A stretch of DNA of 64,000 nucleotides from the NCBI GenBank assembly GCA_046758325.1, contig JBHHZZ010000005.1, positions 150 through 64,149 on the forward strand, written 5' to 3'. The notes below the pieces were generated by a model. It was not told the origin of the DNA and did not search any database. It saw only the letters and a program-made list of their open reading frames with translations. Source of the DNA: Thermoplasmata archaeon. GTDB lineage: Archaea; Thermoplasmatota; Thermoplasmata; RBG-16-68-12; JAJISG01. Both the position numbers and the translations under genes were made by a program. Below are positions 28,827 to 39,738 of the stretch, piece after piece (positions within the stretch are counted from its first letter, which is position 1; each line of letters begins with the position of its first letter).

Positions 28827-30290
28827 TTGAAGATGCCCAGGGATTGGAAGGGACCTCTGAAGAAGCTGGACGCCTATCGCTACGAGATTCCCAGATCGTA
28901 CAAGAAGGAGATGAGGACTTCGGGCATCATCTACGCGGATGAGCAGCTCATCAGGAGCATCGTCACGGACTTCGCTCCGGAGCAGGTGGCCAACGTGGCC
29001 ACGATGCCAGGCGTCATGGACAAGGTCCTGGCCATGCCCGACATCCACTGGGGCTACGGCATGCCCGTCGGCGGCGTGGCGGCCTTCAGCGCAGAGGAGG
29101 GCGTGGTGTCACCCGGGGCGGTCGGGTATGACATTAACTGCGGCGTCCGTCTCCTGAGGACGGACCTCACGGAGGAGGACATCAGCCCACACGTGAAGGC
29201 TCTTGTGGACACCGTCTTCGTCAACGTGCCCAGTGGAGTGGGCTCCCGCGGCAAGGTGAGGGCAGACCGTCAGGAGCTGATGAAGGTCCTAGAGGAGGGA
29301 GCCGAGTGGGCCGTATCTAAGGGGTACGGTTGGCCCGAAGACCTGGACAGGATCGAGGCCAACGGCACCATGCCGGCTGCCGACGCCTCTAAGGTGAGCG
29401 AGAAGGCCATCCACAGGGGCATACCTCAGATAGGGAGCCTCGGCGCTGGCAACCACTTCTTGGAGATTCAGCGGGTCGCCAAGGTGCACGATGGTGAGGC
29501 CGCGAGGGCCATGGGCCTGGAGAAGGGGGATGTCACCGTCCTCATCCACACCGGCTCCCGAGGTTGTGGCCATCAGATCGCCACAGACTACATCCGGCTG
29601 GCGGAGCAGTGTGTGAGGAAGTATGACATATGGCTCCCTGACAGGCAGCTGGCCTGCATGCCCGTCAACTCCGCCGAAGGGCAGGACTATTTCGCGGCCA
29701 TGTCCGCTGCCGCGAACTTCGCCTTCGCCAACAGGCAGATGATAACCCACTGGGTGCGGGAGTCCTTCGAGAAGGTCCTGGACAGGCCGGCGGATGATCT
29801 GGGCCTCAACATCGTCTACGACGTGGCCCACAACATGGCCAAGCTCGAAGAGCACGTGGTCGACGGGAAGAGGCAGGAGGTCTACGTCCATAGAAAGGGG
29901 GCCACCAGGGCTTTCCCGCCGAACCATCCGGAGACACCGAAGAAATACAAGGCCGTGGGACAGCCCGTCTTGATCCCGGGGGACATGGGCACGGCCAGCT
30001 TCGTGCTGGTGGGGACGGAGGAAGCCATGAAGGAGAGCTTCGGCTCCACCTGCCACGGTGCCGGCCGCCAGATGTCCAGGACCGCCGCCACCCGGAGGTA
30101 CAGCGTGGGACAGGTGCAGAGTGATCTGGCCAAGAAGGGCATCTACATCCATGCTGCCAGCAAGAAGGGCATCGTGGAGGAGGCCCCGGGAGCTTACAAG
30201 GATGTAGAGAGCGTCGTCCGGGTGACGGAGGGCGCTGGCATCTCCAAGATCGTGGTAAGACTAGAACCCCTAGGCGTCATGAAGGGATGA
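28827..30290 (+). CDS. rtcB: RNA ligase RtcB (no intein)
   Basis: MPDIHWGYG, DINCGVR, GNHFLE, HTGSRG, YDVAHN, HRKGAT, CHGAGR, EEAPGAYK. Confidence 0.97.
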   Translation: MKMPRDWKGPLKKLDAYRYEIPRSYKKEMRTSGIIYADEQLIRSIVTDFAPEQVANVATMPGVMDKVLAMPDIHWGYGMPVGGVAAFSAEEGVVSPGAVGYDINCGVRLLRTDLTEEDISPHVKALVDTVFVNVPSGVGSRGKVRADRQELMKVLEEGAEWAVSKGYGWPEDLDRIEANGTMPAADASKVSEKAIHRGIPQIGSLGAGNHFLEIQRVAKVHDGEAARAMGLEKGDVTVLIHTGSRGCGHQIATDYIRLAEQCVRKYDIWLPDRQLACMPVNSAEGQDYFAAMSAAANFAFANRQMITHWVRESFEKVLDRPADDLGLNIVYDVAHNMAKLEEHVVDGKRQEVYVHRKGATRAFPPNHPETPKKYKAVGQPVLIPGDMGTASFVLVGTEEAMKESFGSTCHGAGRQMSRTAATRRYSVGQVQSDLAKKGIYIHAASKKGIVEEAPGAYKDVESVVRVTEGAGISKIVVRLEPLGVMKG

Positions 30291-30291
30291 G

Positions 30292-30804
30292 GTGAAGGTC
30301 TCCATTCTTCCCGTGGGGGAGGTGGAGGAGGACATCCTCCAGAAACTCTCGGAGCGGCTTAGCGACGGTGGCCTTGATGTGAGCCTTCTCCCTGCGGAGA
30401 AGATACCTCAGGAGGCCTATCACAGGAGGAGGAAGCAGTACAGGGCTCCTGCCTTCCTGAAACTGGCCCGGAAGAGTGACGGGGAACATGTCCTTGCCGT
30501 CACCAACGTTGACCTCTATGCGGAGCCCCTCAACTTCGTCTTCGGCCAGGCGGAGATGAGAGGAAAGGCCGCAGTCATATCTCTCTTCAGGCTCAGGTCG
30601 AGGGACAAGGACCTGTTCCTTCTGAGGGCCTTGAAGGAGATCCTCCACGAGCTGGGCCATAATAGGGGCCTCAAGCACTGTCCCGACAGGAGATGCGTGA
30701 TGCACTTCTCGAACAACCTGAGGGACACTGACCGAAAGGGCCCTGGACTCTGCCTCGACTGTGGGGAGAGGTTTCAGGGGGGCCCCTTTTGGAGCCAACC
30801 CTAG
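30292..30804 (+). CDS. amzA: Archaemetzincin zinc metalloprotease
   Basis: HELGHNRGLKHC, CVMHFS Met-turn, LCLDC. Confidence 0.9.
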   Translation: MKVSILPVGEVEEDILQKLSERLSDGGLDVSLLPAEKIPQEAYHRRRKQYRAPAFLKLARKSDGEHVLAVTNVDLYAEPLNFVFGQAEMRGKAAVISLFRLRSRDKDLFLLRALKEILHELGHNRGLKHCPDRRCVMHFSNNLRDTDRKGPGLCLDCGERFQGGPFWSQP

Positions 30805-30805
30805 T

Positions 30806-32173
30806 CTAGCCTCGGCCGGCGAAGGCCAACATCATGGCCGCAGTCGCCTTCACTGCCTTCCTGGCATCCTCGACCCTGATGTGCTCGTTGGGGGCGTGGA
30901 CCTTACTGCCGGTGTACCCTACACCTGGGGCGGCGGCCGAGGGCGTCCCCACGCTGGTGTAATACCACGTAGACGAGGATCCCGGAGACCAGGGGAAGAT
31001 GTTGGGTTCTCTACCGTACACCTCTCGGCAGGCCACGAGGAGGGCCTGGCCTATGCGGGATGACAGTGGCGTGCCTGCGGGCTCGAAGGAGCCGAGGTGG
31101 TCCACCTGGATGTCCTCGAAACCCCCGTTTCGGAGGTGCTCCTTGAGTTTGGTCAGGACCTCTCCCGGGCGCTGACCTGGAAGGAGACGGAAGTCCAACT
31201 TAACCCTGGCATAGGCAGGGTTGATGGTCTTCGACCCCTCCCCGATGTAGCCCGCGTAGAAACCGTCGATGTTGCAGGTGTTCCCGTAGACGAGCTGCTT
31301 GAGCCTGGAGAGGTGGCCCTTGCCCCCCAGGACCCGCTTCACCCCGTAGGTCTGCTCGAAGTCTAGTGGATCGAAGCTGTTTCTCCTGAGGTAGGACAGC
31401 TCCTCCTCCGTGGGCCTGTGGACGTTGTCATAGAACCCGGGTATGAGGATGCGGCCTCGATCGGTCCTGATGGTTCTCAACGCAGAGATGAGGCGCCAGG
31501 CAGGGTTCGGGATGGAGGCGGCCAGAGAGGAGTGCTGGTCGATGCGGGCTGTGCGTACGGAGAGTTCCACATACAGGATCCCCTTGCTTCCGAGCTGAAT
31601 CGTCGGGGTTCCATCCACGGCATGGCCGCTCCCCTCTATGGTGGCTCCGTCTCCCTTGAAGAGATTCTGGTGTTCCTCCCAGAACGCAGGGAAGTGAGGG
31701 CTTCCCAGCTCCTCCTCCCCCTCTACCATGAAGCGGAGGGTCAGCGGTAATGGGCCGGTGACCTCCCGAATGGCCCTCTGTGCCATGGCCTGAGAGAGGA
31801 CGTTGCCCTTGGTGTCCGCAACGCCCCTTGAGTACAGGTTGCCGTCCCGGATCACGGGGTCAAAGGGGTCCGATTCCCACTCATCCAAGGGATCCACCGG
31901 CTGGACGTCGTAGTGGTTGTAGAGGAGAAGGTCGGGGCCGTCGCCATCACCCACCTCTCCGACCACGAAGGGAGGTCCCCCAGGGACCGATAGCTCCCTG
32001 GTCCTCACGGAATACTTCTCCAGAAGCCTCCGGGTCGCATCCGCTCCCTCTCTGAAGGCCTGCCCAAGTGCACTGATGGTCGGCACGCTGCAGTACTCTT
32101 TCAGGTCCTCAAGAAACTCCTCGAAATGGGAGTCGATGTAACCTAGAACTCTCCTCCGTTCCTCAATGTCCAT
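30806..32173 (-). CDS. M20 family metallopeptidase/dipeptidase
   Basis: YNHYDVQP, RGVADTKG, EGEEELGS, HAPNE. Confidence 0.9.
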   Translation of the reverse strand: MDIEERRRVLGYIDSHFEEFLEDLKEYCSVPTISALGQAFREGADATRRLLEKYSVRTRELSVPGGPPFVVGEVGDGDGPDLLLYNHYDVQPVDPLDEWESDPFDPVIRDGNLYSRGVADTKGNVLSQAMAQRAIREVTGPLPLTLRFMVEGEEELGSPHFPAFWEEHQNLFKGDGATIEGSGHAVDGTPTIQLGSKGILYVELSVRTARIDQHSSLAASIPNPAWRLISALRTIRTDRGRILIPGFYDNVHRPTEEELSYLRRNSFDPLDFEQTYGVKRVLGGKGHLSRLKQLVYGNTCNIDGFYAGYIGEGSKTINPAYARVKLDFRLLPGQRPGEVLTKLKEHLRNGGFEDIQVDHLGSFEPAGTPLSSRIGQALLVACREVYGREPNIFPWSPGSSSTWYYTSVGTPSAAAPGVGYTGSKVHAPNEHIRVEDARKAVKATAAMMLAFAGRG

Positions 32174-32281
32174 GTGGAGGCGTATGCATACTCTCTATAG
32201 AGGCCTTCGCCTCATCTGCATGCGTCCCTCCTAGCTCTCGCTAAAACAGGGGAATTGAGATTCCAAAGTACTGAGGAGGCC

Positions 32282-32458
32282 TCAAATATCGCGGATAACG
32301 CTCTTCACCTTCTCCGCGACCTCGGGTGGGATGGATTCCATCCCGTGGACGGCCTTAGCGTGCTCCGCCACTTTCCCCAAAAGGTCCTCAGAGGTCTCCG
32401 CGGTGGCCTCATACCCGCAATCAAATCCTATGTCCTCACACTTGACCATCTTTGCCAT
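32282..32458 (-). CDS. DUF1059-like small metal-binding protein (58 aa); not in ORF track
   Basis: MAKMVKCEDIGFDCGYEATAETSEDLLGKVAEHAKAVHGMESIPPEVAEKVKSVIRDI*. Confidence 0.85.
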   Translation of the reverse strand: MAKMVKCEDIGFDCGYEATAETSEDLLGKVAEHAKAVHGMESIPPEVAEKVKSVIRDI

Positions 32459-32558
32459 GTCAGTGGAGCCGGAATCAATCCTGTCCTATAAGTACTCACC
32501 CCATAACCCTGGGATATGACCTGCCGCCTCCCGAAACCCCCGTGTCCTCGATCTTCCC

Positions 32559-33770
32559 TCAGTTTGAGACTCCCCCATGCCCGAGACCGAGCCTGAACAT
32601 GAAGGCCGCGAGCATCACCGAGGCCAGCAGTGAGAAGGCGAGCCCGTAAGAGAAGGTCCAGATCGGGCTGTAGAGCCAGAGGAGTCCCGCCATCGCGCTC
32701 GCCGGGAACTTGGCCAGGCCTGAGAGGGTATGGTATGTGCCCAGGGCCGTGGCCCTCAGCTCCTCGGGCGACAGGTCCGCGACGAACGCCCTCTCCACCC
32801 CATTCACGAAGGCGAAGGAGAGGCCGAAGACGAGGAAAAGGAGGAAGATCTGCCAATTCTGGGAGAACAGGAGGAATCCGAGGCACATGACGGCGAAGAG
32901 GAGATATCCGATGAGGATGACGGGGGCTCGGCCGGCGGTATCTGACAGGGCTCCCGTGGGCATGGCACCTAGGGCGTATACGAGGTTGAAGGCCAGGTAG
33001 AAGAGGATACCAGTGCCCTGGGTGAGCCCCACGCCTATCACCCTCAGGAGCAGGAAGAGGACGGAGAAGCTGCCGAGGGAATAGGTCGTGGAGATGATGA
33101 TGAAGAGACGTAGCTCCCTACTGAGGGAGGAGAAGCTCACCCTTAGGGAGGGGACCGCGGCCTTACGCTTGGGCCTCTCCAGAATGAAGCTGGTCAGGAG
33201 GGCTGAGAGGAGGGCCGGGACGACAGCAATGAGGAAGATCTCTCGAAAGGGAAGGCCGTAATGGTCGAGGAGGACGAAGGCTACCAGGGGTCCCAGAACG
33301 GCCCCCGCCGTGTCGGCTAACCTGTGAAAGCCGAAGACCTTTCCCCTCTTGGCAACGGGGGATGCGTCGGCCAGGATGGCGTCCCTGGGGGCATCCCTCA
33401 GGCCTTTGCCGGCCCTCTCCCCGACGCCTACGCCGAGCAATTGCGGCCAGGACTGGACGAAGGGGATTGCAGACTTCATAATCCCCGAAACGCCGTAGCC
33501 GGCCATGACCAGCCCCTTCCGCCGACCCAGCTTGTCCGACCAGTGGCCTGAGAAGACCTTCAGCAGGCTAGACGTGCTCTCCCGCGAGCCCTCGAAGATG
33601 CCGAGGATGAGGGCGGTACCCCCGATCTCCGCCGAGACGATGAAGAAGGGCATCAGAGGGAATATCATCTCGCTACTCAGGTCCGTGAGAAGGCTGACGA
33701 ATCCCAGTAAGAGGACGTTGAAGCTGAGGCCCGCTGCAAGGCCCTGAGCCCGCCTCTGGCCTCCGCTCAT
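32559..33770 (-). CDS. MFS transporter
   Basis: TDLSSEMI, SDKLGRRK, GKGLRDAPRDA; 12 TMs. Confidence 0.9.
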   Translation of the reverse strand: MSGGQRRAQGLAAGLSFNVLLLGFVSLLTDLSSEMIFPLMPFFIVSAEIGGTALILGIFEGSRESTSSLLKVFSGHWSDKLGRRKGLVMAGYGVSGIMKSAIPFVQSWPQLLGVGVGERAGKGLRDAPRDAILADASPVAKRGKVFGFHRLADTAGAVLGPLVAFVLLDHYGLPFREIFLIAVVPALLSALLTSFILERPKRKAAVPSLRVSFSSLSRELRLFIIISTTYSLGSFSVLFLLLRVIGVGLTQGTGILFYLAFNLVYALGAMPTGALSDTAGRAPVILIGYLLFAVMCLGFLLFSQNWQIFLLFLVFGLSFAFVNGVERAFVADLSPEELRATALGTYHTLSGLAKFPASAMAGLLWLYSPIWTFSYGLAFSLLASVMLAAFMFRLGLGHGGVSN

Positions 33771-33833
33771 GATTGCCCCCTCAAAAGGAAAGCTCGAACT
33801 CTCTGATAGGCCTTTCTCAACGGGATCGCTATC

Positions 33834-34584
<751 letters not shown>

Positions 34585-34680
34585 CTAATTTAGATGACTA
34601 CGCCGTTATAAACTTATGCCCTTCCTTATCGCTCCTGCTGCTTCCACAATCTTGAAGGCTCCCCGTACCATTAGGAGGCT

Positions 34681-36120
34681 GTGATTCCCCTCGAGGAGAT
34701 GCGTGTTCTCGACAGAAACCTGGAGTACCACGGGGTCTCCATCGAGGATCTGATGGAGAAGGCGGGGGAGGGGATTGCAGAGACCCTCCTCAGCAAGATG
34801 CAGGCGGAGGGCAGGAGGGTCCTCTTCCTCTGTGGGACTGGAAACAACGCCGGCGACGCCTTCGTCGCGGCTCGATATCTGAAGGACAGGACGAAGGTGG
34901 TCATCGCCCTGGCTAGGACCCCGGAGGAGATATGGCGGGGGCCTGCCAAGAAGAACTTTCAGCGGATTTCGTCCGAGGTCACCGTCCTGGAGCCGCCTCA
35001 GGACTACCGATCCCTGGCACAGGAGGCAGACATTCTCGTTGACGGCCTCCTCGGAACCGGTATCAGGGGCACCATGCGGGAGCCCTACCGATCCATGGTG
35101 GAGGCCATGAACCGTTCCGGCAGGCCCATCCTCTCCATAGACCTACCCAGTGGCTTCGGTTCCGACGTTGTAGTGAAGCCCTCGGTGACTGCTGCCCTCC
35201 ACGCGGTGAAGGAAGGGATGGACGAGGAGACCTGTGGGGAGATCGTCGTCATCGACATAGGCATCACGAAGGAGCTGGAGAGGCTAGTTGGCCCTGGAGA
35301 GTTCCTCTACTACTCGATACCCAGCCCCGAGGCCCACAAGGGCGACAGCGGCCGCGTGCTCGTGGTGGCCGGCGGGCCCTACACCGGGGCACCAGCCCTG
35401 GTTGCCATGGCAGCCTACCGCATCGGGAGCGATGTGGTACACGTGGCCACACCTTCCGTCAGCTATCCCATCGTCGCCTCCTTCAGCCCCACCCTAATCG
35501 TCCACAGGCTCTCCCAGAGCAGGCTCGTCACCGGCGATGTTCCAAGGATCCTGGAGTTGGCCGAGGGGATGGACGCGGTGGCTTTGGGACCGGGGCTGGG
35601 CAGGGATCCCGATACCCTTTCCGCAGTAAGGGACCTCCTCCGGAAGCTGGATAAGCCTGTGGTCATCGATGCCGACGGCATCACCGCAGTGGCCGAGGAT
35701 CTGGGCTGCCTCCGGGGAAGGAAGGGCATCATAACCCCCCACAGTATGGAGTTCTACAGGCTGACTGGGTCGGAACTCTCGGGGGATCTGGAGGGGAGAA
35801 TCGAGCAGGTACGGTCCTTCGCCGAGGACGTGGGCCTCACCGTCCTCCTCAAGGGTCGGCACGACATCATCTCCGATGGAGACAGAGTAAAGGTCAACAA
35901 GACGGGAAATGCTGGCATGACCGTGGGAGGCACCGGAGACGTACTGGCGGGCCTGGCCGGCGGCCTTTTGGGGAAGGGAATCGACCCCTTCAACGCCGCC
36001 AGAATAGCTTCCTTCGCCAACGGATACGCGGGAGACATAGCCTTTCGAGAACTCAGTTACGGGATGACTGCCACGGATCTCCTAAGCAAGATTCCCGCCG
36101 TCTTGATTGAGTTCCTCTAG
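34681..36120 (+). CDS. nnr: Bifunctional NAD(P)H-hydrate epimerase/dehydratase
   Basis: GTGNNAGD, DGLLGTG, DLPSG, HKGDSG, GPGLG, TPH, GGTGDVLAG. Confidence 0.93.
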   Translation: MIPLEEMRVLDRNLEYHGVSIEDLMEKAGEGIAETLLSKMQAEGRRVLFLCGTGNNAGDAFVAARYLKDRTKVVIALARTPEEIWRGPAKKNFQRISSEVTVLEPPQDYRSLAQEADILVDGLLGTGIRGTMREPYRSMVEAMNRSGRPILSIDLPSGFGSDVVVKPSVTAALHAVKEGMDEETCGEIVVIDIGITKELERLVGPGEFLYYSIPSPEAHKGDSGRVLVVAGGPYTGAPALVAMAAYRIGSDVVHVATPSVSYPIVASFSPTLIVHRLSQSRLVTGDVPRILELAEGMDAVALGPGLGRDPDTLSAVRDLLRKLDKPVVIDADGITAVAEDLGCLRGRKGIITPHSMEFYRLTGSELSGDLEGRIEQVRSFAEDVGLTVLLKGRHDIISDGDRVKVNKTGNAGMTVGGTGDVLAGLAGGLLGKGIDPFNAARIASFANGYAGDIAFRELSYGMTATDLLSKIPAVLIEFL

Positions 36121-36434
36121 TACCCGGTCACGTCCGCGAAGACCTCGTTTTCGACGATCTTGACGTTGTAGGTCTGAAGGGGGAAGCTCGGTGGCTCTCG
36201 GATGACCTCACCGCTCTTGATGTTGAACTGCCCACCGTGGAGGGGACAGGTCACTGTGTCGGCCTCGAGGGTGCCCTGGCTGAGGTCTCCCCACTCGTGA
36301 GTGCAGGCGGCGTCTAGGACATAGATGTCATCGCTTGCCTTTATCACCATGTAGTCACAGCCGAGGACCTCGACCTTGAACATCCCACCGTCCTTCAGAT
36401 CGTCCAGGTCGCACATCTTCACGAGCTCTGCCAT
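36117..36434 (-). CDS. Rieske-type [2Fe-2S] ferredoxin
   Basis: CTH and CPLHG motifs. Confidence 0.9.
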   Translation of the reverse strand: MAELVKMCDLDDLKDGGMFKVEVLGCDYMVIKASDDIYVLDAACTHEWGDLSQGTLEADTVTCPLHGGQFNIKSGEVIREPPSFPLQTYNVKIVENEVFADVTGY

Positions 36435-36480
36435 GAGGACCGGTGCCACTACTTCCGCTGCCATTTTTAAAGATTGCCTG

Positions 36481-37026
36481 CTAGCTCTCCGGGACCTCCC
36501 CTATCCTTCGCTGCCTGGTCCAAGCGAGGAAGGCGGCTCCCGCCACATTGATGGGAATGATGGCCTCGGCCAGTATGCCCATGTAGGCGCCGGGAATCCC
36601 ATGTCCCTTGACTCCGTAGGCGTAGGTACCGAGGAGGAGGGAGACCAGGCCGGTGATGATCCAAGTGGCAATCAAGACGCCCTCGATGGAGGGCCTCCTG
36701 AGGAGGTACCAGCGGCCTAACCAGCAGGAGACAAGGAAAACGAGGAGGGCCGCTGTCGCGTCGATGGAGGTGGTGCCCATGGGGTTGATCCACTCGTAGA
36801 GGAGGGCTGCGGAGAAGACGCCGAAGCCAACGCCGAGGATGGCCCATAGGCCAAAGGGCAGAGCCGCCGCCAGGAGAAAGGCCTCGGGTCTAGGGGAGAG
36901 GGCACAGCTGCCGAGAAGACAGAGAGAGATGGGCGGCACCCCGATGAAGAGCGCAACGTAGGCCAGGAGAAAAGCAGAGAAAGCTACGATGCCTCGAACG
37001 GTCCTCGATACGGGTCGCAACGGCAT
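36481..37026 (-). CDS. Membrane protein, weakly QueT/ECF S-component-like
   Basis: Five to six TMs; family resemblance is weak. Confidence 0.5.
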   Translation of the reverse strand: MPLRPVSRTVRGIVAFSAFLLAYVALFIGVPPISLCLLGSCALSPRPEAFLLAAALPFGLWAILGVGFGVFSAALLYEWINPMGTTSIDATAALLVFLVSCWLGRWYLLRRPSIEGVLIATWIITGLVSLLLGTYAYGVKGHGIPGAYMGILAEAIIPINVAGAAFLAWTRQRRIGEVPES

Positions 37027-37274
37027 GAGCGCCCTTCGAGCAGGGTACTTCCCCTAGATAGACCTTCGGAATCCGGGGGTAGTGGGGCCCTGAGTGGGGA
37101 GCGGAGGCAACACCTCCGCCTGCGTCTCAACAGGCCCATGGCGTGAGGGAGGAATCTGATGTAGGGTGCCACTTCGATGCGTGGAAATTCACCCCTTCAA
37201 TAGTTTTTTATACGCAAGTGCTCATAGAGGGCCGCTTCAAGGGATGGGATGACGTCGAGTTCTTGGGTGAGACC

Positions 37275-38381
37275 ATGGATTCGTTGGCAAGGGATGCCTT
37301 AGGCTCCGAGCCGGAGGGCTATGCAGCCGCAAACGGCTACGATGACCTGCAGGCCAATGAGGAGCTGGAAGCGGTACTGGCCCAGCTGAGGACCAGGATA
37401 AAGATAATCGGGATTGGCGGAGCTGGTTGCAACACTATCACGAGGATTGTCGACGAGGGGATAACGGGTGCCGAGCTCTACGCCGCCAACACCGACGCCC
37501 AGCACCTCCTGCACACGAAGTCCCCTCACAAGGTGCTCCTTGGACGCAGGCTGACGCGAGGTCTGGGGGCGGGCTCTCTCCCACATATAGGCGAGCAGGG
37601 CGCCAAGGAGTCGGAGGAGGAGCTTCGACAGATTCTCTCCGAGTCCGACATGATCTTCGTTACATGCGGCCTGGGTGGTGGAACTGGAACGGGGGCCATT
37701 CCCACCGTCGCCAAGATCGCGCGGGAGATGGGTGCCCTGACCGTGGCCGTTGTCACCATGCCCTTTACCGGCGAGGGTCGCATCAGGGCCGAGAACGCGG
37801 AGTGGGGATTGGAGAAGCTCAGGGAGAATGCGGATACTGTGATCGCCATACCCAACGACCGCCTCCTGGAGCTGGTCCCGAGGCTCTCGCTGAACGCAGC
37901 CTTCAAGGTGGCCGACGAGGTCCTCATGCGTTCCATCAAGGGCATCACGGAGCTCGTCACCAAGCCGGGCATGGTCAACCTTGACTTCAACGACATCAAG
38001 ACGATCATGAAAGGCGGTGGAGTGGCCATGATAGGCCTGGGCGAGAGCCAAGCTGCTGGGGAGGAGAGGGCCATCGAGTCCATCGATGAGGCCGTCAACT
38101 CTCCCCTGCTCGAGGTGGACATCAGCTCGTCCACAGGAGTCCTGGTGAACGTCATTGGCGGAGAAGACATGAGCGTGTCGGAGGCGGAGAAGGTGGCGGA
38201 GGAGGTCCAGAGGAGGGTGAGCCCCAACGCCCGCATCATATGGGGTGCCACGGTGGACCCCAGCCTCAGGCACGTGCTCAGGGTGATGCTGGTCGCCACG
38301 GGGGTCAAGTCCAAACAGATCCTGGGCAGGAAGACGGCCGAGGAGGTTCGGGAGCGCTTCGGCATCGACTTCGTAGGGTAG
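37275..38381 (+). CDS. ftsZ: Cell division protein FtsZ, copy A
   Basis: [31 protein letters not shown] after GGTGA. Confidence 0.95.
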   Translation: MDSLARDALGSEPEGYAAANGYDDLQANEELEAVLAQLRTRIKIIGIGGAGCNTITRIVDEGITGAELYAANTDAQHLLHTKSPHKVLLGRRLTRGLGAGSLPHIGEQGAKESEEELRQILSESDMIFVTCGLGGGTGTGAIPTVAKIAREMGALTVAVVTMPFTGEGRIRAENAEWGLEKLRENADTVIAIPNDRLLELVPRLSLNAAFKVADEVLMRSIKGITELVTKPGMVNLDFNDIKTIMKGGGVAMIGLGESQAAGEERAIESIDEAVNSPLLEVDISSSTGVLVNVIGGEDMSVSEAEKVAEEVQRRVSPNARIIWGATVDPSLRHVLRVMLVATGVKSKQILGRKTAEEVRERFGIDFVG

Positions 38382-38389
38382 GGGTGTCT

Positions 38390-39481
38390 ATGGGGGTCTT
38401 CGCTGAGGGCTTAGCTTCCCATCCAGAACCGCAGGCCTATCACGGCGCTACCCTCTCGCAGGCGGACCAGGAGCTGGAGGAGGTCCTCAAGAGTCTGAGG
38501 ACAGCGATACGGATCGTGGGCATCGGGGGAGCGGGGTGCAATACCATCAACCGCATCTGCGAGGCTGGCATTACAGGGGCCGACCTGTACGCCGCCAACA
38601 CCGACGCCCAGCATCTCCTGCACATCAAGTCTCCCAAGAAGGTCCTGCTGGGGAGGAACACGACCAGGGGCCTGGGTGCAGGCGCCCTTCCCCACGTCGG
38701 TGAGGCCGCTGCCAGGGAGACGGAGGCCCAGATCAGGGCCCTGCTGGAGGCATCCGACATGGTCTTCGTCACCTGCGGACTCGGAGGAGGCACTGGCACA
38801 GGAGGCGCCCCCATAGTGGCCCACATAGCCAAGGACCTAGGAGCTCTGACCGTAGCCATCTGCACCTTCCCCTTCAAGGCCGAAGGCTCCGTTCGGTGGG
38901 AAAACGCTGAGTACGGGCTGGAGAAGCTAAGGAAGCATGTGGATACCCTCATAGTGGTACCCAACGACAGGCTGCTGGAACTGGTGCCCAGGTTGCCCCT
39001 CACCGCAGCCTTCAAGGTGGCCGACGAGGTCCTCATGCGCTCCATCAAGGGCATCACTGAGATCGTGACAAAACCTGGCCTGGTCAACCTGGACTTCAAC
39101 GACATAAGGACGGTCATGAGCGAGGGCGGGGTGGCTATGATGGGTCTGGGGGAAAGCCAGGCGGAGAACAGGGCCGAGGAGGCGGTGGAGGAGGCCATCA
39201 GCTCCCCCCTCATCGACGTGGACGTGAGCTGCGCGTCGGCAGCTCTGGTCAACGTCACCGGCGGCAGCGACATGACGGTCCTGGAGGCCGAGAAGGTGGC
39301 AGAGCTCGTCCAGGCCAGGATCAGCCCCAACGCAAGGATTATATGGGGAGCGGCCATAGATAACGGTCTGGAACACAAGCTGAGGGTCATGCTGGTCCTA
39401 ACAGGCGTGAAAAGCCGGCAGATAGTGGGACCGCAAGCGGCTTCCAGGCCTTGGGAGTCGGACCTCGAATTGGTGCGCTAG
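38390..39481 (+). CDS. ftsZ: Cell division protein FtsZ, copy B
   Basis: Same motifs as copy A; ATG at 38390 after GGGGTG. Confidence 0.95.
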   Translation: MGVFAEGLASHPEPQAYHGATLSQADQELEEVLKSLRTAIRIVGIGGAGCNTINRICEAGITGADLYAANTDAQHLLHIKSPKKVLLGRNTTRGLGAGALPHVGEAAARETEAQIRALLEASDMVFVTCGLGGGTGTGGAPIVAHIAKDLGALTVAICTFPFKAEGSVRWENAEYGLEKLRKHVDTLIVVPNDRLLELVPRLPLTAAFKVADEVLMRSIKGITEIVTKPGLVNLDFNDIRTVMSEGGVAMMGLGESQAENRAEEAVEEAISSPLIDVDVSCASAALVNVTGGSDMTVLEAEKVAELVQARISPNARIIWGAAIDNGLEHKLRVMLVLTGVKSRQIVGPQAASRPWESDLELVR

Positions 39482-39496
39482 GAAGGCTGATTCCTC

Positions 39497-39733
39497 GTGG
39501 ACATAGTTGAGCGGGCGTGGCAGTTTCAGAAGAGAATAGAAGAGAGGACCAAGAGGCTGGGCAGAGGAAAGTATGGCCGGGTCTTCAAGATGGCCAGGAA
39601 GCCCTCCTCTGAGGAGTACAACAGGACCATCCAGATTACGGGCATGGGCCTTATGTTGCTGGGAGGTCTCGGCTTCCTCATATTCTTCCTCATGATCGAG
39701 GTGCCGAAGTTCTTCAGCGGCTCCGTACCCTAG
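39497..39733 (+). CDS. secE: Protein translocase SecE/Sec61-gamma
   Basis: YGRVFKMARKPSSEEY plus one TM; conserved gene order. Confidence 0.92.
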   Translation: MDIVERAWQFQKRIEERTKRLGRGKYGRVFKMARKPSSEEYNRTIQITGMGLMLLGGLGFLIFFLMIEVPKFFSGSVP

Positions 39734-39738
39734 GAGGT

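Noticed and set aside
37030..37260. Hairpins upstream of the QueT-like gene and ftsZ as a possible riboswitch
   Set aside because: GC-rich stems only; no preQ1 or other aptamer consensus recognised
37526..39390. Long antisense ORFs opposite the ftsZ genes, and similar ones across the window
   Set aside because: Shadow frames of GC-rich coding sequence with no protein motifs
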